From: an uncultured Candidatus Saccharibacteria bacterium
Lineage (GTDB): Bacteria > Patescibacteriota > Minisyncoccia > JAHIHE01 > DAOWLE01
Direction: 5' to 3'
Assembly: GCA_964430135.1 (NCBI GenBank)
Contig: CAYSEG010000001.1
Location: 5,959 to 59,802 of the forward strand
Length of the DNA: 53,844 bases
Part shown: in pieces, positions 16,605 to 24,615 of the stretch
Numbering within the stretch: position 1 is the stretch's first letter
How the letters are laid out: every line of letters begins with the position of its first letter
The notes under the pieces: model-generated
What the model saw: the letters and a program-made list of their open reading frames with translations, nothing else
The model's database searches: none
What the model was told of the DNA's origin: nothing
Position numbers and translations under genes: made by a program

Positions 16605-16746
16605 TTAATCGTATCTCTCCAGATGGCCGAAAATTATTCATCAAGAAAAACCTCAATAAATAATTCTCAGCCACCTGAAGTATTTCATTCTTATTTTAAT
16701 TTTCAAAGAACAAATTTTTATCCCCTTTTTCAAATTGACAAAATAT

Positions 16747-16835
16747 CGTCATCCTGAACGCAGTGAAGGATCTCTGAACCTGCCTACCGGACAGGCAGGC
16801 GCGAGAGATTCTTCGGATTTTGTCCTTAGAATAAC
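16747..16835. repeat. REP-like palindromic element (gtcatcctgaacgc family)
   Basis: cgtcatcctgaacgcagtgaaggatctc, then core hairpin cctgcctaccggacaggcagg, then gagagattcttcggattttgtcc. A second family member is at 24721-24780 and the core hairpin recurs at 22407-22426. Confidence 0.7.
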
Positions 16836-16899
16836 AGAAGTAAAGTTTATCAACTTGAAAAAAGGGCGGAAGCGCGGAAAAGGAAACGCTTCCCAATCT

Positions 16900-17721
16900 T
16901 TAAAATTTAATGAACAATGTTTCTCTTGGCGATTTTTTGAGTGTAATATACTCGTCAACTTTCAATCTATGATATCTTTGTCCGTCTCCCACTATAAAAG
17001 GCAAATTTGCTTTTTTCTTTGTCCGACTATGGATTTCAAATATAGTTTCTGTAGAGAACACAACTGATTTTTCTCTGGTCAACCACGAGCGAAAGCTGTC
17101 ATCAAGCACTGGATTATTAGCAGTTATGACAAAATTGTCTGTGCCTATCACTTTCCCTCCAGCATTTCTATTGTAGCCGGTACTTCCTGTTTTCGTTGAA
17201 ATAATTACTCCATCTCCTCTGATAAAACTTCCAATGGTTTTGTCTCCGTTATTGATTTTTATATCTAACGAAACCATTTTAAAAATCCCGCCAATCACTA
17301 TTTCGTTCAATGCATCAATCGTCTTAATCGGTTTGCTGTCTGCTTCTGTCTTTCTAAAAATTTCCGCCTGAATTCTTGTTCTTTTTTCAATCTCAAAATC
17401 TCCCTGAAGTATTTGTTCTATTTTTTCTTTCGCTTCGTCTGGCTGAATCCAGCAAAGATATCCCCTGAAACCATAATTAATCCCGACTATCGGAATTTCT
17501 TTGCCGCTTTGAGAAATCCTATCAGCGATATACAGAAGCAAGCCATCTCCGCCAAAAATTAATACAGCATCTAATCCCTTTTCTAATGTATTTCGCGAAA
17601 GCGTCTGATAAACTCTGTATCCTGGCTCCAACGAAATTCGACCCCTGATTTTCTCAGCCATTTTCTTTGCTTCAAACTTTTCTCCATCATATATCATAGC
17701 GATTCTTTTCATTTCTTTCAT
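16900..17721 (-). CDS. nadK: NAD kinase
   Basis: 273 aa. GGDGLLL motif, NEIVI, and the TGSTGYNRNAGG block typical of PpnK/NadK. Confidence 0.9.
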   Translation of the reverse strand: MKEMKRIAMIYDGEKFEAKKMAEKIRGRISLEPGYRVYQTLSRNTLEKGLDAVLIFGGDGLLLYIADRISQSGKEIPIVGINYGFRGYLCWIQPDEAKEKIEQILQGDFEIEKRTRIQAEIFRKTEADSKPIKTIDALNEIVIGGIFKMVSLDIKINNGDKTIGSFIRGDGVIISTKTGSTGYNRNAGGKVIGTDNFVITANNPVLDDSFRSWLTREKSVVFSTETIFEIHSRTKKKANLPFIVGDGQRYHRLKVDEYITLKKSPRETLFIKF

Positions 17722-17738
17722 TTTATGCCTCCATTATT

Positions 17739-18221
17739 TTATCCAATTTCCTTTCCTAATTTTCTATGTATCTCTTTTATCTCTGAAGCAGAAGATATTT
17801 GGTAGTAAAATCCATCTGGGCCTCTGTAGTAAAATGGTTTTCGCTTTACATATCTAATTCTGAAACCAAGCCTTGCAAGTTCTTGCTCATACCTTTTTGG
17901 TAATTTATCAGATCTGTAAAAAAAGTTCTTCGTCTCATTTGTAATTCCGCAAATTTCTTTTACATAACTCGGCCAAATATCCATCGGCTTTGGATCTACA
18001 AGATCAACGATTCTATATCTTTCTCTGTCATAACCAAGAATCTCTAACTGTTTCTGAATCCTTTGATGTCTTTCTTTTATGGAAAAAGGTTCTGATGATT
18101 GAGCAGAGCCAATACAGATAATTATTTTATTGTTTTCTCTGAATGCTAAATTGAACAGATATAGATGCCCCGGATGTAATGGCTGAAATCTCCCTAAAAT
18201 CAATCCCAATCTTTCTTTCAT
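17739..18221 (-). CDS. nicotinamide-nucleotide adenylyltransferase, archaeal type
   Basis: GRFQPLHPGHLYL and IICIGSAQ motifs of the archaeal NMNAT/cytidylyltransferase family. Confidence 0.85.
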   Translation of the reverse strand: MKERLGLILGRFQPLHPGHLYLFNLAFRENNKIIICIGSAQSSEPFSIKERHQRIQKQLEILGYDRERYRIVDLVDPKPMDIWPSYVKEICGITNETKNFFYRSDKLPKRYEQELARLGFRIRYVKRKPFYYRGPDGFYYQISSASEIKEIHRKLGKEIG

Positions 18222-18766
18222 TTTATCTCTTCTCTTTCTAAATAGCAGGCATCTTCCGGTTTCATTCCGCCGCGGATTTTTCTATCTTGCCATAACTGAA
18301 TATATTCTTTAGAACTTCTTCCTTCAATAGTAAATCCTAACATTTCGCAAGCACCCATCAAAGTATGAATTACTGTTTTTGTGCCGCTGCAATAAGCCGT
18401 AGCCAGAAAGTGCGCTTTTTTGTCGCGGAAAAATTCCCGTTGGGTATTCTCTGAATAACAACTCAACCGTGAAAGAAACGCTAATAGTTTTGGCGAAGGA
18501 AAATCCAAATATACCGGACTGCCAAACAACACTCTCTCGGCTCCCTCTATCTCTGTGGCAATCTCTTGAAATTGATCCCGAATAACACATCCAATCTGAC
18601 ATTTCTGATGATGAAGACAACCGACTAGCTGATTATCTAAAAAGAAATATCTGATTTCTTGTATTTTGTATTTTTTTCTTAATCGCTCGGCTTCTTTATC
18701 TAAACATTTCTTCATATAACCGTTTCTGCGATAACTTCCATTTATCACTACTAATTTTCTTTCCAT
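18218..18766 (-). CDS. flavodoxin-like NAD(P)H-dependent FMN reductase family protein
   Basis: LVVINGSYRRNGY N-terminus and the LFGSPVY block. GGAGGTG-6nt-ATG supports a start at 18766 rather than 18802. The stop overlaps the NMNAT start. Confidence 0.6.
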   Translation of the reverse strand: MERKLVVINGSYRRNGYMKKCLDKEAERLRKKYKIQEIRYFFLDNQLVGCLHHQKCQIGCVIRDQFQEIATEIEGAERVLFGSPVYLDFPSPKLLAFLSRLSCYSENTQREFFRDKKAHFLATAYCSGTKTVIHTLMGACEMLGFTIEGRSSKEYIQLWQDRKIRGGMKPEDACYLEREEIK

Positions 18767-18783
18767 TTTTTCACCTCCATATC

Positions 18784-20097
18784 TTATGGTCTCACATCCC
18801 ACAATTTTTCATACATTGGCCTGAACTTTCTGTATAACTCTAAAAACCTCAAGTGAAGCGTATCGTGAACAGCGAATTCCCGAACATTATTGTTGTAAAA
18901 ATCAGAAGTGAAATACAACCACTGGTACCAAAACATAAAAAAATGCATTTTTTCTCTGACAACTGGATTTCGAATTAGAAAGGCCGTCTTAGAGTTATAA
19001 TACTTGTAATCTTCTGGGCTGACATAAGCATAATAATTGTCCCAAATCTTCGTTCCTCTGAAAGGCATCAGAAAATTTCCGCAAATCATTTCTGGAGCAA
19101 GTGCATAAAATCTTGCCATCAGTTTTTCATAGAATTTTTTTCCCGCTTCTCTGCCAATAATTTTTAACGGATCAACGATAAATGAAAGATATGTATAGAT
19201 ACCGTATTTTTTTAGAAGTTTTACTACTTTATCTAAATTTATGTTTTTCTTGTATTCAACAGTAATATCTTCCAATCCCAGACAAATCATATAGACATTA
19301 TGTTCAGCCATAAATTCTATTTTCTCTTCGTTCAGTAAATTAGCACTGGCAAACAGATAAACTTTTGCTTCGGTTTGTTCAATGATTTCTAACCTTCTCT
19401 GCCAATCTTTTTGCAATGGAAAATTTTCATCCCTGATAAACAAAAATTTGGGATGCAGGGTTTTTAGGTAATCCACTTCCTTCTGGACAAGTTCAAGCGG
19501 CTTGGAAATAAGCTTCGGACACAGTATCGGCGTACAGCAGAAATCGCAGCGGAATGGACAACCTTGAGAAGTATTAATTGAAGTAACGATATCTCTCGGT
19601 TTCTTATCAGGAATAATTTGTTGGTTCCACCGAACATCATAAAGATCATAGCGCGGGACTTTTTTATAGCTGGTAATCCCAGTTACTATCTGTCCAAATT
19701 GTGCAATTGTTGCAAAAAGGTCATCGCACGGCCCCTGAACAATTTTAAAAGCATATCGCTCGAAATCCTCTGGAAAAGTCGTCGGGTGATAGCCGCCAAC
19801 AATAATTTTATTTTTATCGTGCCGCGATGCCCACCGTACAAATTCGTCGTAACCAGCAATATAAACTGAACATACATACCATTTAACATCTTTGTCATTG
19901 AAATCAATATTTTGCGGAGAATACTCAACATTACTGCCCTCTGGAAGAACTGTCAGCACCGAAGGTTCTAATCCCAAGTTCAAATCATTGGCTGGAAATG
20001 ATAGACCGATAATTCTATTTCTTTTTCTGTCCGGAAATAAATCCTCAAAATCAACTTTTCGCCAAGTTTTCTCTCCAACTGAATATCTCTCCTCCAT
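18784..20097 (-). CDS. B12-binding-domain (class B) radical SAM protein
   Basis: Radical SAM cluster motif GCPFRCDFC, preceded by an N-terminal Rossmann-like domain (IIVGGYHPT). An AGGAGAG SD favours ATG at 20097 (MEERYS...). Confidence 0.8.
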   Translation of the reverse strand: MEERYSVGEKTWRKVDFEDLFPDRKRNRIIGLSFPANDLNLGLEPSVLTVLPEGSNVEYSPQNIDFNDKDVKWYVCSVYIAGYDEFVRWASRHDKNKIIVGGYHPTTFPEDFERYAFKIVQGPCDDLFATIAQFGQIVTGITSYKKVPRYDLYDVRWNQQIIPDKKPRDIVTSINTSQGCPFRCDFCCTPILCPKLISKPLELVQKEVDYLKTLHPKFLFIRDENFPLQKDWQRRLEIIEQTEAKVYLFASANLLNEEKIEFMAEHNVYMICLGLEDITVEYKKNINLDKVVKLLKKYGIYTYLSFIVDPLKIIGREAGKKFYEKLMARFYALAPEMICGNFLMPFRGTKIWDNYYAYVSPEDYKYYNSKTAFLIRNPVVREKMHFFMFWYQWLYFTSDFYNNNVREFAVHDTLHLRFLELYRKFRPMYEKLWDVRP

Positions 20098-20237
20098 CTC
20101 AATCACTCTCCTATATTTTATTTTGGCTAATTTCACAATCAGCCCTGTCCGCATTGCCCTATAAAGAGCAGAGGGACGATGTCAAAGAACATTCTTCTGA
20201 AATATCAGAAATCCGAACTTTAAGTTCGGATTTTAAA

Positions 20238-20369
20238 TCCCCTTTAATCAGACCGTCCAAAAACTCAAAAAATCAATGGAATTTACCATTTAGGGTTTCA
20301 TAATTTGCCCCTGATTAAATCAGGGACAAAATCCAGAACGGGGCTGAATTTCAGTTCTTGGACAATCTG
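20238..20369 (-). repeat. MITE-like structured element E2, in the 5' leader of the radical SAM operon
   Basis: Minus strand cagattgtcc...ggacggtctg, where all mismatches become G:U on the minus strand. Centre caaattatgaaaccctaaatggtaaatt matches E3 (27/29). 3' tail attaaagggga. Confidence 0.65.
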
Positions 20370-20408
20370 AAATTTAGAGAACCTAAAATCCAAACTTAAA
20401 GATAGGAT

Positions 20409-20437
20409 ATTGTAGCAAATATATTTTTATTTGTCAA
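20409..20437 (-). promoter_or_regulatory. near-consensus sigma70 promoter of the radical SAM/NAD operon
   Basis: Minus strand TTGACA (20432-20437), 17 nt, TACAAT (20409-20414). It leaves a ~300-nt leader. Confidence 0.6.
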
Positions 20438-20472
20438 ACCCCTGTACTTGACGGGTACATAGGTAACACTTT
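20432..20472 (-). promoter_or_regulatory. conserved ~40-nt promoter-upstream module, copy 1
   Basis: tgtcaaacccctgtacttgacgggtacataggtaacacttt, nearly identical to 53788-53828. The core tacataggtaacac also occurs inverted at 14056-14072. Confidence 0.55.
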
Positions 20473-20720
20473 AACAAAATTATTAAAGTTAATTGGCGTT
20501 TCATAATTAAGTGTAGATATGATGCCATATGATAGAGCGGGACCAAATCATTCACTAAATGAAATCCTGATCCGTATAATTTATCGATCCCCTACATCGT
20601 TAATGAAATTTTACAAAGTAAAAGTGAATAAGAAAAATCCCTTGTATGAAGTTTAAGAAATTTCTCGTTCCCCTGAAATAACAAAATAAGCATAAAAATA
20701 AAACTTATCTCAATTATTAA

Positions 20721-20758
20721 TATAACACATATAGGACGGCCGCATTATATGTGTTATA
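20721..20758. terminator. 13-bp-stem hairpin downstream of the 16S gene
   Basis: tataacacatata-ggacggccgcat-tatatgtgttata. Confidence 0.45.
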
Positions 20759-21056
20759 AAAATTTATACAAAAAAAATACCTTATCCCTTGATTTAAAAG
20801 ATAAGGCTAATGTGTTGCATTATCGACTCTTTCTTATAGTATTACGCGGCTCTTTTCTTTAGTTAAAACAAACACTGTTCGTTCATGCTCTTCCTTGAAT
20901 CTATAAATATGGCTTTGGTTTAATTTCTAAAATATTATACTCTCTAAAAATAAGAATCATCTGCGATTCCGTTTTTTATAAAAACATCTTTCTTTATATA
21001 AAATTATATGAAGATGAATTACTTCCGCTTTTTTATTTTTTCATTCTTCTTATTTT

Positions 21057-21085
21057 CTTACAATCCTGTGTGGTTGTCCCGAACC
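21057..21085 (-). other. 3' half of the pre-16S processing stem
   Basis: cttacaatcctgtgtggttgtcccgaacc is the reverse complement (with G:U) of 24474-24499, which flanks the 16S 5' end. Confidence 0.7.
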
Positions 21086-21377
21086 GAGCGATTAAATTAA
21101 AGGTTTTAATCAAACCTGTTTTTTCCTTTTAAATAAAAGGAAAGACGACCTAAGACCGCCTATTAAAGTCTGAATTCACACACTTTAATTGGGCAATCTA
21201 TAGAAAGGAGGTGATCCATCGACAGGTTCTCCTACCGATGCCTTGTTACGACTTCACCCTTATTGCCGATCTTACCTTCGGACCCTAACGGGCACTTCGG
21301 GTATTACCGACTCTCTTGGTGTGACGGGCGGTGAGTACAAAACCTGAGAACGTATTCACCGTGACATGGCTGATTCA

Positions 21378-21410
<33 letters not shown>

Positions 21411-21660
21411 ATTGCAGACTCCAATCCGAACTGAGACCGGCTTTGATGGGATTAGCTCCGCCTCGCGGCTTGGCAAAACCCTTTGTACCGGCCATTGTAG
21501 CATGTGTGTGGCCCAGGGCATCAAGGGCCATGCTGATTTGGCGTCATCCCCGCCTTCCTCCCTGTTAACCAAGGCAGTCTTGTCTGACACTTGTAACAGA
21601 CAATAGGGGTTGCGCTTGTTTCCGGACTTAACCGAGCGATTCACACCACAAGCTGACGAC

Positions 21661-22745
21661 CATGTTATTCCATAATTACTTATGGCACGGACTATACCAT
21701 TTCCCATTTGGTAGCTGGAAAAAAGAGAGAAGAAAATAAATTTATTTTATTATTCTCTTCTTTTTTTATGTTTTTAATTCTTGGTAAAACGCTTCTCTGA
21801 TTTTTAGAATATCTTGCCGCGTATCTATGTAAAATTTCTGCCAAAATCATGGCTCTTTCTGGATCTTCTGTATAACATTTTTTCCATACTTCTTTTATTT
21901 CTGAATCGCTCGCTTTTATTACCCACTCTCTGACGATTTATTCCTGCTTATATGCTTTTTGTTCGTATTTAAGACAAGCGGCTATATGATTCATTACCTC
22001 ATCTTCTTCATTCGTTTTTGGTTCTTTGTCTTTGTACTACTAAAAACGTAACAAGAGATATTGCACTAATACTTACTACTCCTGCAATCCAAATGCCTAT
22101 CAAAAACGAAATTACCTTTAAGTAAATCAAAAATGCTATAACTATTAAAGCTCCGTCTGCTACCATCTCTATTTTTTTTATTTCTCTCATTTTTCATCTC
22201 CTTTTCCCAGCCACCAATTTTTGGGAACCAGCGTGTAATGATAGGTTAAAAGCTACCATTAAACTCTCTTAGCCCTAGCGAGAGTTAAGTCTCTACGGGG
22301 TCAAGCGCACCTCGCTACTGCTTGGTGCTAAACTCAAAAATCAAATCTCAAAAATCAAAAATACAAATGAAAAATTAAAAATTTTATATTTTACATTATC
22401 ATTTTGCCTGCCTGCCGGCAGGTAGGTATTTTGATTTTTGCATTTTGAATTTAGGTTGTTTTAAACAACCGCTGACTTCCCACGGTATCACCCATCCACT
22501 GCTCCGCAGTGGAAATTCCAAATCCCAATTTCCAAATTTCAAACAAATTTCAAATTCAAATTTTGAAAAATTCAAAACAAATTTTCTTTTCATTTTGTCT
22601 TAATCATTTGAATTCTGAATTTTAGATTTGTTTCGGATTTCGGATTTTGAATTTGGTGCTTCCATTGCGAAGCAATGGCTTGGGTTTCACCGTTATGAGC
22701 TGGTTTTTTCACTAAGGATTACTCCTTAGTGGGTCATCTTTCAAT
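21661..22745 (-). other. ~1085-nt intervening sequence, putative group I-like intron, in the GCATGGYTGTCGTCAGC region
   Basis: The upstream exon ends ...GCATGGTT (U) and the insert ends ...AACATG (G) before GTCGTCAGC. A possible P1 is GGTT|attgaaagat-GACC with a U:G at the junction. Many short hairpins. The ORF loop is closed by ggtagc/gctacc. AT-rich repeats are inserted in peripheral parts. Confidence 0.55.
22008..22190 (-). CDS. small 2-TM hydrophobic protein encoded inside the 16S intervening sequence
   Basis: 60-aa ORF MREIKKIEMVADGALIVIAFLIYLKVISFLIGIWIAGVVSISAISLVTFLVVQRQRTKNE, preceded by AAGGAG-7nt-ATG. Confidence 0.4.
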   Translation of the reverse strand: MREIKKIEMVADGALIVIAFLIYLKVISFLIGIWIAGVVSISAISLVTFLVVQRQRTKNE

Positions 22746-22842
22746 AACCATGCAGCACCTGTCACCGGGTTTCCTAAAAGGACACTCCTCCCTTTCAGGA
22801 GGATTCCCGGGATTTCAAGCCCTGGTAAGGTTCCTCGCTTAT

Positions 22843-22876
<34 letters not shown>

Positions 22877-23326
22877 AGGTCCCCGTCTATTCCTTTGAGT
22901 TTTAAGCTTGCGCTCGTACTTCCCAGGCGGGATATTTAATGCGTTAGCTTCGGCACTAAAAGGGTCGACACTCCTAATGCCTAATATCCATCGTTTACGG
23001 CGTGGACTACTGGGGTATCTAATCCCATTCGCTACCCACGCTTTCGTCTCTCAACGTCAGCTTTGCCCCAGCTGAATGCCTTCGCCTTTGGTGTTCCTTG
23101 CGATATCAACGCATTTCACTACTACACCGCAAGTTCCATCAGCCTCTAGCAAGCTCTAGTCTAAACGTTTCAAATGCGGTCCTAAAGTTGAGCTTTAGGA
23201 TTTAACATCTGACTATTTAGACCGTCTACAGACGCTTTACGCCCAGTGATTCCGGATAACGCTCGGGGTCTCTGTATTACCGCTGCTGCTGGCACAGAGT
23301 TAGCAACCCCTTATTCCTTAGATACG

Positions 23327-23700
23327 CTCAAATTAGCAGCTGATTTGTAGTTGTTAAATATTTTTATTGACTGAATTCAAGCTTTAGCCTGCAAATTTTA
23401 CACCCTAAAGGGTGAACTCCAAGAAAAAGAAAAAATAGGCGGGAGATAAAAGAAAATTTATTTATCTCCCCTTTTTACTTATTTCAAATATTTCCTCCTG
23501 TAGTTTTTTGATAGTATCAACTATCCAGCTTATCTCAATATTTCTTGGCACTGTAAAAGAAACGCCTCTGCTGCTTACTTCAAATCTTCTTCTATCGCTT
23601 AACTCTCTTATTCTTACACGGATTACCACATCCATTTTTTCTTTTCTTTCTTTTTTCATTTTTTGTGATTTTAGCAACCACAAAACAGCCACTAATCTTG
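23327..23700 (-). other. ~375-nt insertion in the V3 hairpin of the 16S gene
   Basis: Lies between ...GTAAAGCTCTTTTCTTAGAGAA and TGAGCGTATCTAAGGAATAAGG. Contains ORF 23462-23692, hairpin gggagataaa..tttatctccc (23441-23470), and an antisense partial copy of the E-family repeat (about 23345-23420). Confidence 0.7.
23462..23692 (-). CDS. hypothetical small basic protein encoded in the 16S V3 insertion
   Basis: 76-aa ORF (more likely starts MKKERKEKMDVV...). No clear SD and no recognisable family. Confidence 0.25.
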   Translation of the reverse strand: MAVLWLLKSQKMKKERKEKMDVVIRVRIRELSDRRRFEVSSRGVSFTVPRNIEISWIVDTIKKLQEEIFEISKKGR

Positions 23701-24000
23701 TTCTCTAAGAAAAGAGCTTTACACCCCGAAGGGCTTCTTCGCTCACGCGGCGTCGCTCCGTCAGGCTTTCGCCCATTGCGGAAGATTCTCGACTGCAGCC
23801 TCCCGTAGGAGTCTGGGCAGTGTCTCAGTCCCAGTGTTGGGGGCCATGCTCTCACACCCCCTAACCGTCATCGCCTTGGTAGGCCATTATCCCACCAACA
23901 AGCTGATAGTGCGTAGGCCATTCGCCAACCGGAAATCTTTGCAGATACCTTTACTGGAAGCTGATTATTTATCACGAGATATTTTGAAAATCTACGGGCT

Positions 24001-24070
24001 TAAATTCAAAATTCAAAATTTTACATTTTACATTGTCATTTTGCATTTTGATTTTTGATTTTTTAATTTT
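24001..24070 (-). other. AT-rich expansion of a V2 helix of the 16S gene
   Basis: Sits at the tip of the helix formed by ctggaagttgattattta/taaataatcagcttccag. Contains a 40-mer (24019-24058) identical to 24280-24319. Confidence 0.7.
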
Positions 24071-24207
24071 CTCTCGCGCTAAATAATCAACTTCCAGACT
24101 ATCAGGAATTAGCTACCCTTTCGAGTAGTTATGCCTGAGTTGACGGTATGTACCAACGTGTTACTAACCCGTTTGCCGCTATCGTGCCTCGCTGTCGCTC
24201 GCCACTC

Positions 24208-24330
24208 AAATCCAAAAATCAAATATCAAATATCAAAAATACAAGTCAAAATTTAAAATTATCTAAATTTAAAAAATCTTTTTACATTTTACATTGTCAT
24301 TTTGCATTTTGATTTTTGAATTTTGAATTT
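24208..24330 (-). other. AT-rich ~120-nt hairpin expansion of V1 (helix 6) of the 16S gene
   Basis: Inserted between ...CGGCACTCCC and GAGTGGCGAGCGACAGCGAGGCACG. The arms are self-complementary caaaat/attttg repeats. Confidence 0.7.
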
Positions 24331-24382
24331 AGGGAGTGCCGAACGATAGTGAGGCACGACCGCACGACTTGCATGCCTTATC

Positions 24383-24422
<40 letters not shown>

Positions 24423-24473
24423 AATAAAGTTTGTTTAGCTTTCAATCCCCTATGGGGCTGAAAGCCAGAATAG

Positions 24474-24499
24474 TTCAGGACAACCACACAAGATTGTAA
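24474..24499 (-). other. 5' half of the pre-16S processing stem
   Basis: ttcaggacaaccacacaagattgtaa pairs with 21057-21085. Confidence 0.7.
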
Positions 24500-24615
24500 T
24501 TTTATCCTCCCACTTTTTAATAATTCACAATTCGTTTTTATACACTGAAACTTAATATAAAATTTCAACGTATAATCTAATGTTCCACAAAAAAGTGCGG
24601 AGGATTATTATTTAA

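Noticed and set aside
15883-16608. 241-aa plus-strand ORF opposite the Nudix gene, and ORF 15820-16020.
   Set aside because: The minus strand carries an intact Nudix box. The plus-strand translation is Ser/Phe-rich with no motif.
16696-17067. ORFs 16696-16896, 16735-17067 and 16749-16958.
   Set aside because: They are translations of the REP-like palindrome (HPERSEGSL / FRMT-type peptides) and of the NAD kinase antisense strand.
18324-18620. Alternative-frame ORFs inside the flavoprotein and radical SAM genes (18324-18620, 19464-19649, 19618-19869, 19686-19931, 19892-20164).
   Set aside because: They are embedded in genes with clear motifs and are likely spurious.
20155-20431. Cobalamin riboswitch in the leader of the B12-radical SAM gene.
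   Set aside because: I could not find the conserved B12-box core. The leader is instead a copy of a repeat family found at unrelated loci.
20473-21056. Searched the ~600-nt non-coding stretch between the 16S trailer and the radical SAM promoter for a 5S/23S fragment, a tRNA or another known RNA.
   Set aside because: No conserved rRNA or tRNA motifs were recognised by eye. It needs a covariance-model scan.
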